From: Octopus vulgaris
Lineage: Eukaryota
Direction: 5' to 3'
Assembly: GCA_951406725.2 (NCBI GenBank)
Contig: OX597817.1
Span: 85,250,001-85,314,000, forward strand
Length of the DNA: 64,000 bases
Part shown: piece after piece, positions 1 through 12,477 of the stretch
Layout: each line of letters starts with the position of its first letter
Position numbering within the stretch: the first letter of the stretch is position 1
Translations under genes and position numbers: made by a program
The notes under the pieces: model-generated
Database searches by the model: none
Told to the model about the DNA's origin: nothing
The model's input: only the letters and a program-made list of their open reading frames with translations

Positions 1-214
1 AGTATACTGGGCTTAATTTTTAATGGTGCTGTCAAATCATTACTGCAGTTGACATGTCATTCTATCTGGTGTTAGCTGAGTCTCAAAGAACCTGCTTCTC
101 ACAACAATGGAATTGGTGATAGGAGATAAAATTTGAACTCAGAATACAAAATCCCAGCAAAACTTCACATTTAATCTTTTTATATTTTCACAAATCCTTC
201 ATTCTGTTCTGGTG

Positions 215-345
215 TTTTATTTATTGACCCTGAAAGAGTGAAATGCAAACTCTGACCTTGGCAGGATTTGAACTCAGAGAGCTAGAACAAATACCGCAAA
301 ACATTCTCTCAACTACTCTAACAGCTATACCAATTTTTCATTGCC
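215..345 (-). mobile_element. Degenerate tRNA-derived SINE fragment (same family as 38540-38771)
   Basis: gaccctgaaagagtgaaatgcaaactctgaccttggcaggatttgaactcag resembles the reverse complement of the head and central domain of the intact copies. Confidence 0.5.
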
Positions 346-786
346 TTACTTAAAAAATATGATTTATTTTTACATGTAAGATATATCCTTATATTTCTGC
401 TGAACAATAATTTGTAAGTAGAGTTCAATAAAAGATGACCAATTCAAACTCAGATCAATGATAGATATTTCTCTTTATTCACATTTTTTGTTACTGAAAT
501 GCTATAACAAAAGATCTTTCAAAATCAATAATTGAAGCTTTAGAAATTTATCTTGAGGTTATTAATCAGTATGTAACATGTATGAATTTGTTCTGTTTTA
601 TATGCAGAAGGCATGCATAAAAAAATCTATGCAATCCATATTTAATATTATATAATACCACATAAAATAATATTCTCTGTATTGCCTCCTTTTTTACTGT
701 TAAGAATTCAGATGAATACTGCTGAAATCATAGAAAATTTCTCCATTTTCCCCCTGATTCTCATCTCCTTTTTACATTTAAATGCA

Positions 787-822
<36 letters not shown>

Positions 823-1165
823 CACACACATGCATACATGTATGTATATACACAAAAATGCACACATATAGACATACATATATTCATGCATTAATCCATT
901 CAAATTGAAAGCTTTGTTCAACTATTAGATTACATATGTTCCATTTCTGCTCTAATTTTGCCACAATGGCTTTTGTTGTCAGTGTTCAAATTAAACCTTT
1001 CCTAATCCTAACATCTGTGTTAATATGCTCAAAAAATTATATTATATGCAAAAAATCTTGTCATTGTTCCCATGCATAGGTCCACGCTCATACACATTGA
1101 TCACTTACATCATATTGTCTAAATATTTTTACTCTATTTCATAACTTAGTATTCTCTTATTGCGA

Positions 1166-1490
1166 CTGGCCTAGAGCCGGTGGCACGTAAAAAGCACCAT
1201 CCGTTCGTGGCCGTTGCCAGCCCTGCCTGGCCCCCATGCTGGTGGCACATAAAAAGCACCATCCGATCGTGGCCGTTTGCCAGACTCGTCTGGCACCTGT
1301 GCTGGTGGCACGTAAAAAGCACCCACTATACTCATGGAGTGGTTGGCATTAGGAAGGGCATCCAGCTGTAGAAATGTTGCCAGATCAGACTGGGCCTGGT
1401 GTAGCCTTCTGGCCTCCCAGACCCCAGTTGAACCGTCCAACCCATGCTAGCATGGAAAGCGGACGCTAAACGATGATGATAATGATGATA
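1166..1490 (+). mobile_element. RTE-clade LINE 3' end with three ~62-bp tandem units and (GAT)n tail
   Basis: Ends ggttggcattaggaagggcatccagc...ggacgctaaacgatgatgat, the same 3' end as the RT-bearing copy at 31121-32880. Confidence 0.8.
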
Positions 1491-3630
1491 CTTCACTCAA
1501 CATTTTACTTGATAAGGTAGTGTTCTGTGAAAGTTGCATCATAATTTTCAGAAAACTATAAAACCAACTACCGAAATTACTGTTTAATTGTCTTTTTTGT
1601 GCTAGTATAGATGTAACTTCTAACATCACATTTGCATATAAGTGTTCAGTAAAAGACTTACATTAAAAATAAATTATGTTGGTTTTTTGTTTGTTTTGTT
1701 TTATGAATAAAAGGCTTTAAAATTCAGTTTCTTTAAAGCCACCCCAACCATTATTTAATGCGCATTTTGTTCTAAAATTATAATTTTTCTGTTTTTATTT
1801 ATGCTCATATTTCTAAGATCTAATCAAATTATATTCCAGTTTCAAACGTTTTCAAAAGATTGCAGTCCTTATGAAAATTTATTTGTGTTTTCTAGTTTCT
1901 AGTAATACTCCTTGATTCTTCTTTTGATAAAGGTTCTACTCCATAGTTAAAAGGTATATTTCTACAGCTTTATTCCTCTTTGAAATTTCAAACTACACCA
2001 ATATTCATAGACTTCACCCAAGATTAATCCTTCCCTCCCTTCTTTTAATATATGAACTGTATATTGATATTTAAGCCTTCTCAGAGACCCAAATCTCTCG
2101 CTCTTCATCTCTTAGCCATCTCTGCTGCCTAGGCAGCACTCTATATTTGAACTTTATATTAGGTGGAAATTTTTGGTTATATAGAATTTTCTAACTCAGA
2201 ATTATTCTTTCTCATTCTTCTAAGTTTACCTACAGTCTTTACCACTCTCTAAATTCTTCCAGCTATAAGCAGTCTGATTAACTCTTGTCCTACATTGAGG
2301 ATATCTATCTCAATTCACTTCTCTTCATGTCATCATCTTCATTGACTTTAGCACACAAATATCCTCTTGTTTCTTACACACCTAGAAAATTTTACATTAT
2401 CTGTCTTGCATTATCTGTCTTCATTGTGGCTACCAAGTCTTTGATTGTATATTAACAAACTAGACTGTAGAGTCTCTGATTATATCTATGATTGTATAGT
2501 AAAAAAGACTGACCATTCTACAGTTCACTCAACCAGTGTGTGTGATGCAATCCCAGAGCATGCTAAGGAAGGGCATGTCTGACATTTAATTAGCGACCAT
2601 TGAATGTAAGATTAATTGGAATATATTCAAAATAAAAAGAAAACCAACACTAACATAACCAGCAATTATATATATATATTTGAAAAGTATGATGCAATAT
2701 TTGTTAAGTGAATGCATAAATATGTTGTTGTTGCTTTTTGTTATTTAGTTTAAGGAGACCCTCCAAGACTGCTTTGATCATGGTAGTTAATGTTTAACTT
2801 AAATTTCTGCAGTTCAATACCTGTAAATTCCAAACTGTTGCTGTTCTTGGATTGAGGAACTAGGGAAAATGTTTAATAGAAATGCATGTTCAAGACAGAT
2901 GTGTAATGGTTGCCTGCTCAAGATTTGGTGGCTACTTGAAGTTCTGACTACTTGCACTGTTCTATTCAAGAATACCACTGCCCACTATGAATAAGGAAGT
3001 CCCCAGAAAATATATGCCCACTTTTTGGTCCCTGGATAAAGCAAGTATTGCACATATATTATGTCTCTTTATGCTCCATAACTTAGTTCAAAAATAAGAG
3101 GACAATAGTATAATTTCCAGTACTAGACTGAATCAGTTAGAACCAGTATAATCCACTAGACAACTTTGAAACCAGTGCCCCAACAAGTCCAATCACTGAA
3201 CCCATTAGCAGAAAATTTTTAACTTACATTAACAGTTGAGATCAAAATAATAAATCCCAGGAAATATTGAAGGAGGGACTTATTTGTTCTAGTCACACAC
3301 AACAATTATTCATGCAGACTTCAAAGTACCTCCATAAACACTAGCAGTAACTTGTGCAACATTTTGAACAATTTGGTACACTGGATTTTTTCATTATTTA
3401 AAGTTTTCATTCAACAAATATCTCATCAAATACAAGTAAATTATTTGAGTGTAAAATAACTACTACAGGAAGTAGTGACAAAAGCAACAAAAAACTGTTT
3501 CCTCTTGGGATTTTACAAATAACATTTTCAACAGTCATGGAGTTGATTTTGTTTATGATATTTATTTCAATGTCCTATATATACATACATACATACACAC
3601 ACACACATATATATATAAATACATACATAT

Positions 3631-3679
<49 letters not shown>

Positions 3680-3949
3680 CTCTCATGGGATGTCATTTAT
3701 AACATTTTTATAATGCTGACATTAACATATTCTTTTCTCCATTTCCATGTTTGCATTAAAAAAAAAATCTACTTAAAAAAAAATCAAGCAAAAGACAAGC
3801 ATTCATACTAAGACAGATTACACATATGTATGGATTCATAAATTTAGATTTATATCAATATCTAATATCAATTAAGAATGAAACAATATTGATAATGGGA
3901 TGTTCAATTTGTTAAAATGTGTTTGCCAGTAGCATCTCTAAAATCGATT

Positions 3950-4625
3950 TATCATCATCATCATCTTTTCAACATCCACTTTTTTATTCTTCCATGAGTC
4001 AGGAAAGAATTTATTGAGGCAGATTTTCTATGGCCAGATGTCCTTCCTGATGTCAACTGTCACCTGTTTCCAAGCAAGGAAATATTTCTTCATGGCCAGA
4101 TGTGTTCTTCGTGAAAGACTGGGGACAAGCAATGTCACTTGTATGACAGTGATGCTTGTTTACAATCATCACATGCTGTCAACACAAACACATATGCATA
4201 TACTTATATACAAACGCAACTGGCTTTTTGGTTTCTTATTTCTTTATTGCCCACAAGGGGCTAAACATAGAGGGGACAAACAAGGACAGACAAAGGGATT
4301 AAGTCGATTACATCAACCCCAGTGCGTAACTGGTACTTAATTTATCAACCCCGAAAGGATAAAAGGCAAAGTCGACCTCGGTGGAATTTGAACTCAGAAC
4401 ATAGCAGCAGACGAAATACCGCTAAGCATTTCGCCAGGCATGCTAACGTTTCTTCCTGCTCACCGCCTCTTTTGGTTTCTCTCTACCAAATCCACTCACA
4501 AAAGCTTTGGTTGGTTCAGGGCTGTAGTAGAAAACATTTGCCCTAAGTGTCATGCAGTGGAACTAAATCCTGAGACTAGAGGGTTAGGTAGCAAGCTTAT
4601 GAATAACTCAGCCATACCTAGCTTT
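3950..4625 (-). mobile_element. tRNA/CORE-type SINE with RTE-derived tail, interrupted by a younger SINE
   Basis: Head at 4490-4620 matches the 7409-7830 family; tail catcatc..aacatccac..tccatg matches the RTE 3' end. Confidence 0.65.
4237..4468 (-). mobile_element. Full-length tRNA-derived SINE (Meta/MESC-like central domain) with TSD
   Basis: Reverse complement of the 38540-38771 family; direct repeat ttttggtttct at 4226-4236 and 4470-4480. Confidence 0.85.
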
Positions 4626-5279
4626 CTAAAGTACATTGGTAAATTGAATATTTTGAAATAAACCGAAGTTGGATGGAAATGGAGAATGAGTAATTAATAA
4701 TGAGTAATAATAGTGGAGAATGAGTAATTAATAATGAAGAGGGACATCATTAGCTTTAATGATTATTTCCTCTCAAGAGAAGTAAGTGTGACACAACCAT
4801 CTAAATTAATAAAATAATGAATGATGGTATGCAATGGGAGTGTGAATTTAATCTTTTGGAAGTAGATGTCAAGTCTGGATATGTTTCAGTCTTCTCAGCA
4901 AGACATGAACTTACTTGTACTGAGAATAATAATGATTTTGGTTCCTACTAAACTATATGTTTTCCATGCAGAAGACCTCCCTGGCAAATTTTCAATGTCA
5001 TTCATTAAAGTTTCATTAAAATGAAAGATTTTAACTTAAAATCTTTATTATTTTCTGAAATTATTAGAAATCTGATGAGTATAAGACTTCACTTTGATGA
5101 GGAATTCCATTTAATACCAAAACATATCAGATTGTCAGATGGTGCCTACATATCAAAATTCTAGTCCATTTTTAATTTAGATTTTTAATTAGGTGCATCC
5201 ATCATGGTGGATTGAACCTGACATGGCTGTGTATAGGCACAGGCATGGCTGTATACAGGCACAAGCACGGTGTGTATAG

Positions 5280-5440
5280 GTGTAGGCATACTGGTGTGGC
5301 TAAGAATCTTGCTTCCCAGCCACATAGTTTCAAGTTCAGTTCCACTGTGTGGTACCTTAGTTTGGTATCTTCTGCTATGGACCATAACCAACTAATGCCT
5401 TATAGGTGGACTTGGCAAACAGATTTTGAAAGAAGCCTGT
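5280..5440 (+). mobile_element. Degenerate tRNA/CORE-type SINE 5' part
   Basis: gtgtggctaagaatcttgcttcccagccacatagtttcaagttcagttccactgtgtggtacctt matches the family head. Confidence 0.6.
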
Positions 5441-6384
5441 TGTGTGTGTGTGTGTGTGTGTGTGTGTGCACATATTACACATGTTGTTGGGTAGCAAACT
5501 TCTTACACACTAGTTATGCCTGCATCAATTAAAATAGTTATTATTATTTATACCTTCATTTTTATAAACTATACTCATTATATCTAGTTACATGGTGTCT
5601 AATTACAGTTAGGTAATTTTAGCTAGTAGCAAATTAGCAATACTTCTGAAGTGTTTGAAAAAAATAGCTTGCAGTATTTCATGTAGCTCTCTGCACCCAG
5701 AATTCAAATTCTGCTGAGTCTGGCTTCAACTTTCACCCTTTCATGTTGGTACATCAGCTGAAATGTTTTGTTAGATTATAGGATGAGATATCCTGTGGTG
5801 CTTGTTCTGGTCCTTTGCAATCTGACTCCTTGAGTGGAAGACTTAATCCATCACCCCTATTTAACACTGTTCCCTGATCCTTGGACGTCATTAGTGGAAT
5901 TCACTCAGTGTTCAGAGTAGGTCTCGAGTTTGAGGATCTCATAAATTAAAGTGTCATGGATATTGTCTCTCCATCACTGACTAAACAGTAACAAAAGAAA
6001 CACAAGAATTAGGTATTTGATCATTGTCTTTGTAGAACTTTTTGATATTTGATCTTCATGTTGATAATCTATATTTTGCACAGTTAATCTTATTGACTCA
6101 GCCAGCTCTTATTCTTGAAACAGATGAATAAACATGCTGATATCCAAATAAGCTATTCATGCAGGTATTTATGTCTATAAGTAACAGTACCACACATAAA
6201 TTTAGTTTTATTTATGTTGAAATTTATGCTTGAAAGCAGAGCATAGAAAATTCACTTTTTACTTTAATATAAAGCCAGTATTCTTCTTAAACTATAACTA
6301 TAGGTTATTGTGTTTATCACTATGAAGGTGGAGTTGAGAGAATGATTAGGTATTGAACCAAATATCTTGTCATAGTTAGTTGCA

Positions 6385-6657
6385 GTCCTTTTTTATTTTA
6401 TTTATGCACCCTTTTCAAGCCTAGCCAGGCTCATGGGCCTGGTTTCCACATTTCTGTGGCATATGTGTTCTCCCCAGCTGGACGGTCCATTGCAGCATTA
6501 CTCAAGAAACAGGAAGAGAAAGTGAGAGAAAGTTGGGGCGAAAGAGTACAACAGGGGTCGCCACCCCTCCCTGCTGAAGCCTCGTGGAGCTTTAGGTGTT
6601 TTTACTCAATAAACACACACAACGCCTGGTCTGATCACTGGCCATTGCACCTCCACT
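6385..6657 (-). mobile_element. tRNA-derived SINE sharing its body with 35487-35790 but with a different tail
   Basis: Shared gaaagagtaca..ggagctttaggtgttttt.ctcaataaacac block; internal deletion in the head. Confidence 0.7.
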
Positions 6658-7408
6658 TGCAGTCCTTTACATTCACTTTATAAAGGATGTTAGTTTGACA
6701 GAATCAATGGGTATTAAACCAAGTACCTTGTCATATTTAGTTACAATCATTTATATTCTAAGTACGAATTCCAATGTAATTTTGTTTCCGTACTTCTGGG
6801 ACAATATAAAATAAATATCAGTTAAGTGGTGTTTTGATATAATCAAATGTTTTCTCCCTCTTAGTTTTTGTCCTATGAAAGAAATCATTAAACTATTTTT
6901 ATCATTTTAGATACAGCCTCAATATTAATGTATTAAGAATAGTTTAGGACTGAAATACTTCAGATTATTGTTGGTGTTTTTTATTCAGTAATTCTTCTAA
7001 CCTTTCCAAACGCAGATATCATCTACTTTGAAGCTAAGTGCCTTCTTTGTAGCTGTTTATCCTTATTCATGACCTGTAAGAAAGGACCAATCTAGCATAT
7101 CCTCTTAATCTTACCACACCCTCAAATCAAACAGGTCAAGATAGAGTAAGAGTTTTGCAGAGAAGATACATCAAATTTTAAAAATTTCAATTTAAGTAAG
7201 ATACTTTAAATCTTTGCTATTTATAGGTCAGGTTTTACCAGTATATAACAGTAAATATAAATGGAATCATTGTTGATATCTTTTTTAATATGTAAGTATC
7301 TAGACTGGTTGTAATGGTAGATAATTCATGAAATTTCTTTTAGTCAGATCAAGTTAATTAAATTCGTTGTGATATCAAAACAATCATTGCTCAGTCAAGT
7401 TACATCGC

Positions 7409-7830
7409 TTTACTCTCTCTTTTACTCTTTTACTTGTTTCAGTCATTTGATTGCAGCCATGCTGGAGCACCGCCTTTAGTTGAGCAAATCGACCCCAGGA
7501 CTTATACTTTGTAAGCCTAGTACTTATTCTATCGGTCTCTTTTGCTGAACCGCTAATTTATGGGGACGTAGACACACCAGCATCGGTTGTCAAGCGATGT
7601 TGGGGGGTACAAACATAGACACACAAACATGCACACACACACATACACATATATATATACATATACGACAGGCTTCTTTCAGTTTCCATCTACCAAATCC
7701 TCTCACAAGTCTTTGGTTGGCCTGAGGCTATAGTAGAAGACACTTGCCCAAGGTGCCACGCAGTGGGACTGAACCCAGAACCTTGTGGTTGGTAAGCAAG
7801 CTACTTACCACACAGCCACTCCTGCACCTA
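7409..7830 (-). mobile_element. Full-length tRNA-derived CORE-type SINE
   Basis: Minus strand reads ggtgcaggagtggctgtgtggtaag...gggttcagtccc (A/B boxes), then ccttgggcaagtgtcttc (CORE-like), internal (TG)n, and an AGTAAAAG-type repeat tail. Confidence 0.85.
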
Positions 7831-8339
7831 TTGCAAAATGTTGTTTTGAATTTCTATAAGAATACATATTTTCTAGGGTTCCCCTAATATTTCTGATATG
7901 TCAGAAGCTTTGCTAATCAGTTGAACATTTGAAGAATATGGCCTAGAATGTTTGTCTGTGAAGCAGTTGCTGTATTCCATATATGTGAACCATATTCTTA
8001 GGGTTAGGGTTACACACTTGTTGAGGTTCAACTGATGCTTAGATCTAAAATAGTTTTTAGTCCCAAAGGGAATGGTGAACCTTTTTTGAAATGCAGTTTT
8101 CAATATTTTGTAGAATTGTGGTTACCATAAGAAATCATCAGGGATTTCAAGGAATGGTATTTGTAAATTCTATGGAAATTTTAGTTCTGAGTTGTTCATA
8201 TGTTAAGAGGTAGAATGATGTAAATGGTTTTCTTTGTAACATTGGCATGTTAAGATTGCATTTCGGTATTGTTAAAAGAGACTTGATTTTCATGACACCA
8301 CTGGAAAATGCTTTCAAGGGTTTTGTTCATGGAATAGTG

Positions 8340-8760
8340 TATGCAGGGTAGGAAGTGTCTTTGTTGTGTATGGGTGTTGTGTAAGGGTGTATGAGTAATA
8401 CAAATGACTTTAATAGTGTATGAGTGACATGAAGTATCTTTATTTTGTATGGGTGACACGAAGAATTTTTTTTTGTGTATGTGAATGATATGAAAGGTTT
8501 TGTGTGTGGGTTGACATGATAGATCTTTGGTGGATATGAGTGAAATGAATGTCATGAAGTGTCTTTCTTCTTTATGAGAGATATGAAGGGTCTTTGTTGT
8601 GTATAAGTGACATGAAAGATCTTTGTTGTGTATGGATAACATGAAGGATTTTAGTTATGTATGGATGACAGGAAGTGATTTTGTTATGCATGTATGACAT
8701 GCAGTGTCTTTCTTATGTATTGGTGACATGAAGGGTCTTTGTTGTGTAAGATGTCTTTGT
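8340..8760. repeat. Degenerate ~38-bp minisatellite, about 10 copies
   Basis: Recurrent tgtgtatg.gtgacatgaag.gtcttt units. Confidence 0.75.
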
Positions 8761-9020
8761 GCAAAATCCTTTATGATGTGAAGAGTGGTATAGTCAACAT
8801 ATTAGAATGTTGGCTAGAAATAACTGAAAAAAATAATTTTTTCTGCGTTTATATAATCTTTTATCTGCTGAGATTGCTTCACGAATGTCTCAAGCATTTT
8901 GAGTTTCAAGCCAAGTCATAATGACAAATTGGTAGTTAAAAATAATATCAAGGTAACAGCTGACACAATGTAGAGTTATAAATCTGTTTTCTTACTTAAT
9001 TTCTTAATTTATTTGTATAG

Positions 9021-9208
9021 AGAAGGAAGAATGTGGGGACATAATTGAGAGGATAAAGAGACTCGAGAGATATGGTGATTCTGCAAAATTTGTAGAGGCA
9101 TTCTTGGCAAAATACCAGAAAATCATATTACAACCTGGGAACTTGCTCGATATTTAATTCACAAAAGCATTATTTGCTTTCCTGATGATCATCTTTCATA
9201 TGTTGTAG
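9021..9208 (+). other. Candidate (probably non-coding/UTR) exon
   Basis: Pyrimidine tract and tag acceptor at 9019-9020, donor AG|gtatgt at 9209, purine-rich unique interior; no frame is open across the whole segment. Confidence 0.25.
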
Positions 9209-11169
9209 GTATGTAATAGAAAACTAGTGTACTGGTCTGTGTTTCTTGACATATAGCTTGTTGATTACATTTTTGTAAGGAATATGGATGGACATTATGT
9301 GGAGAATTGCTTCAGTCACTTATTGTCACTTTAGAGGATTGCTTCAGTCACTTATAAAGTATCAGAAGGCTTTATAAAGCAGATGATGATATGTGATAGT
9401 TTTAAGAGAGATGGCAAGTGCTGGTCAGGACAATGATCAGATAACACACGTGGGGAAGAGACAATAATGTTAAAATTTAAAATAGGAAAGAAATCAAGAG
9501 TTTGGAAAAAGAGTACTTGTTGATGATGAGACTTATACCTGTAAACAGTTCAAGATAGCAAGACATTTTAGCTAGTACCGCTACTTCACAAACAGTTTGA
9601 AGGCTCACTTCTTATCTTGTTGGATCTAGTTTTAGCTTGGTGACTAGCTTGCTACCTAAAGTTTGAAACTACTTTGATATTGTAAGAAAACATCTTAATT
9701 TGTTACTAATAATGTTAAGATATTGAAAAACATACAATTTTGCTTCAGTCACAAGGTTTACACCAAATAAATTACCAGTATAGCTATATTTTTTCTTACT
9801 ATACTTTTTGTTTAAAAGAATTTTTGTCTTTTGTTTTTGTAAATTAAGTCACATGTGTTTTATGTTTGTTTTTCTATACTAGCATGGGTTAGCTGAATAT
9901 ATCACCAAGGCATTGTTTTACAGACAGATGCTTTTTTATTCTTGTCTCTAACTGTCACCTGTTTTTCAAGCAACAAATCTCTTCCTTCACACATTCAAAA
10001 GCATGAAATGAGCAGATGATTTGGTGACAGAAATGACAACAGTATTGCTTGTAGCTCGTAACTTTCAAAGAGAGTAAATGTAAACAAACACACAGACACA
10101 CACACACTCAGACACGTGTATGTGTTTGCACACATGTGTATAAGTATATGTGTGTGTGTGGCAGGCTTCTTTCAGTTCCCATTAACCAAATTCACTTACA
10201 AGGCATTGGTCAACACATTATTGAAGTTAAATTTTGGCAGACTTAAAGCTCTACTGCACACTTTTATCATTATAGAGTTTTGTTTGCTAGCTTTATCCAC
10301 ATAAAATGGTTGTTTTTTGTAACTCATTTAAAAAAGACATTGTTTTCATAAGAAATGGCTGAAATTGGTATACATTGCATATAATAAAATACATGTTTTA
10401 AAATTAATATTGTTTATGATGGTTGGGGCCACAGAGATAAGTTAGGTTGAAAGGGAGCCATGAGAAGAATTAGAACTGCTGTTCTAAAGCTTGCTAATTC
10501 TATTAAAGAGTGAGCATTGCTCAGAGCAGTTCCTATATACTTGTAGCTATATGTACATCAGCAGATTATCTATTCTGGATATAAGTGGGGACAGCCACAC
10601 ACCTTATATTGAAGTGAACATGTGCTGGTGTTACTGTACTGAAGCTGGATAAGATGTGATCAGTTCAAAGTCATCAGCCTGCAATTGTCAAAAATACTTC
10701 CTATCTTGGGGACTATACCACCAACTTTTCAATTTGTTTCATAGAAATTAAGGTTAAAGATATATAATATTATATATAAAATTATACACATAAACACATA
10801 CTCGCACACAATATATTCTGCCTTTCCCCTCCCTCTACAAACTTATATACATCATCTTCATCTTCCTCATCACCACCATCAACATCATCATTGGCGGCGG
10901 CATCCTCATCATCATCATCATTGCCATTTCAATATTTGTCTTCTCATATTGACATGAATCATATCAGCATGCAGTAATACATATAGCTACATTTTGTAAA
11001 GGAACAAGATGTTATCCTTTTATATCATATGTCCACAGAAAAAATGAAAACTATACATACATAAACATCATCATGTTTATGTCTATTTCTCCAGCTGGCA
11101 ACATTTCAATAGGTTTGTAATTTAACAGCATCCCTTTACATGGGTCTCAATTACTACGATTAAAAATGA

Positions 11170-11790
11170 AATGGTTCTATTTTAAGGCAGATACTGGTAC
11201 CACTCAGTGAACCAGTTATGAGCAGCCTTCAACTCAATTTTATTAGCCTGACTGTTTGGTCTCCTCCTTTTAGGAGCAGCTAGGAATAATATGAGGAGGA
11301 TCAATTAATTAACAGTACCAATTCTTCCTTCAAACTAAGGCCAATATTCTATGAAGAAAGGTTTGTGCGAAGTGGTTAGGGAGGAGCCTAATAGCAGGAT
11401 GGACACAATAGAAGAGAACAGAAGATAAGCTGGAGTGGGGATGTATTTGACCAATTAATTTTGAGGAACAGAGGCCAATGTCAACTATAGAAAAGGTAAA
11501 GAGAGAAGACAATGTATCTGTGGGACAAATTTTGGTGTGTCTTGGTGAATGGCTTCATGCCAATCAGTTGGGTGGCTTTTAATCTCCTTCCAGTTTTTTC
11601 TGAAATTTGCAGCTCTTTAAGCTCTATTACCAGTATTAGTCTTTTGTCCATTCTTCTAATCCAACAGAGCCACCTCTTTGGAAGCTCTGTCAGGTTAGAA
11701 ACAACTTAAATTACAGTTACATAGCTGGACTTCATCTACAAACTGTTTATAGGAGTCAGTCTTGAGAAATACTTAACTCACCAACTACTT
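11170..11790 (-). mobile_element. Highly degenerate LINE ORF2 C-terminal remnant (clade uncertain)
   Basis: Minus ORF CSSKLIGQIHP...HPAIRLLPNHFAQTFL resembles the C-terminal region of non-LTR RT proteins. Confidence 0.35.
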
Positions 11791-12477
11791 GCTTTATCTT
11801 CAACTGAAAACTTAAGAAGAACCATGATCATTTTGTATAAAATAAGACAATGAATACATGGAATTTAAAACTATTTCTAATTATTATCAAGAGACATACA
11901 AAGATTTCAAAAGAAAAATTATTTTTGTAAAAATAAACAAAAAAAAGTTTTCACTGTCCAGTTCTGTGTATTTCTAATGATAATTTACATAACTATTATC
12001 ATACCTCCATGGGTTAATACTTGTGTGTGTATGTATGTTAGTAACATTAAAAACATTTTGTGAAACATTTAAAGGCAAACAAAAGGGTGAAATATACCCC
12101 AAGATGTTGTTATGGGCCAATGATTAGCTCCGATTTCATAGCATTGATAGGATATAAGATGAATCATTCCCAGACCTGGAAATGATATCAACATATTACA
12201 AGTAACATTCCCAGTATTACATTACCTTCACGACAGTGAGATGATCTGAAAAAGTAGGTATCTAGATACACAATAAAATACTTTCAGTGTATTTTAATTC
12301 AAGACCTATGGGTTAGTAGTAAAATATTTCATTTAACTGATCATTTGTTTTTAAAATATTTAATGGACAACAAAGTTTGCTATATTACATCATCCAGACT
12401 TATTTTATTTACTTTCTGGTACAGATGTAGCCATGGCTATGTGGTTAAGATGTTTTCTTCCAAAACGACATGGATTC

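Noticed and set aside
4680-4737. Small local tandem duplications (also 9306-9354 and 22468-22504)
   Set aside because: Ordinary slippage products with no further structure
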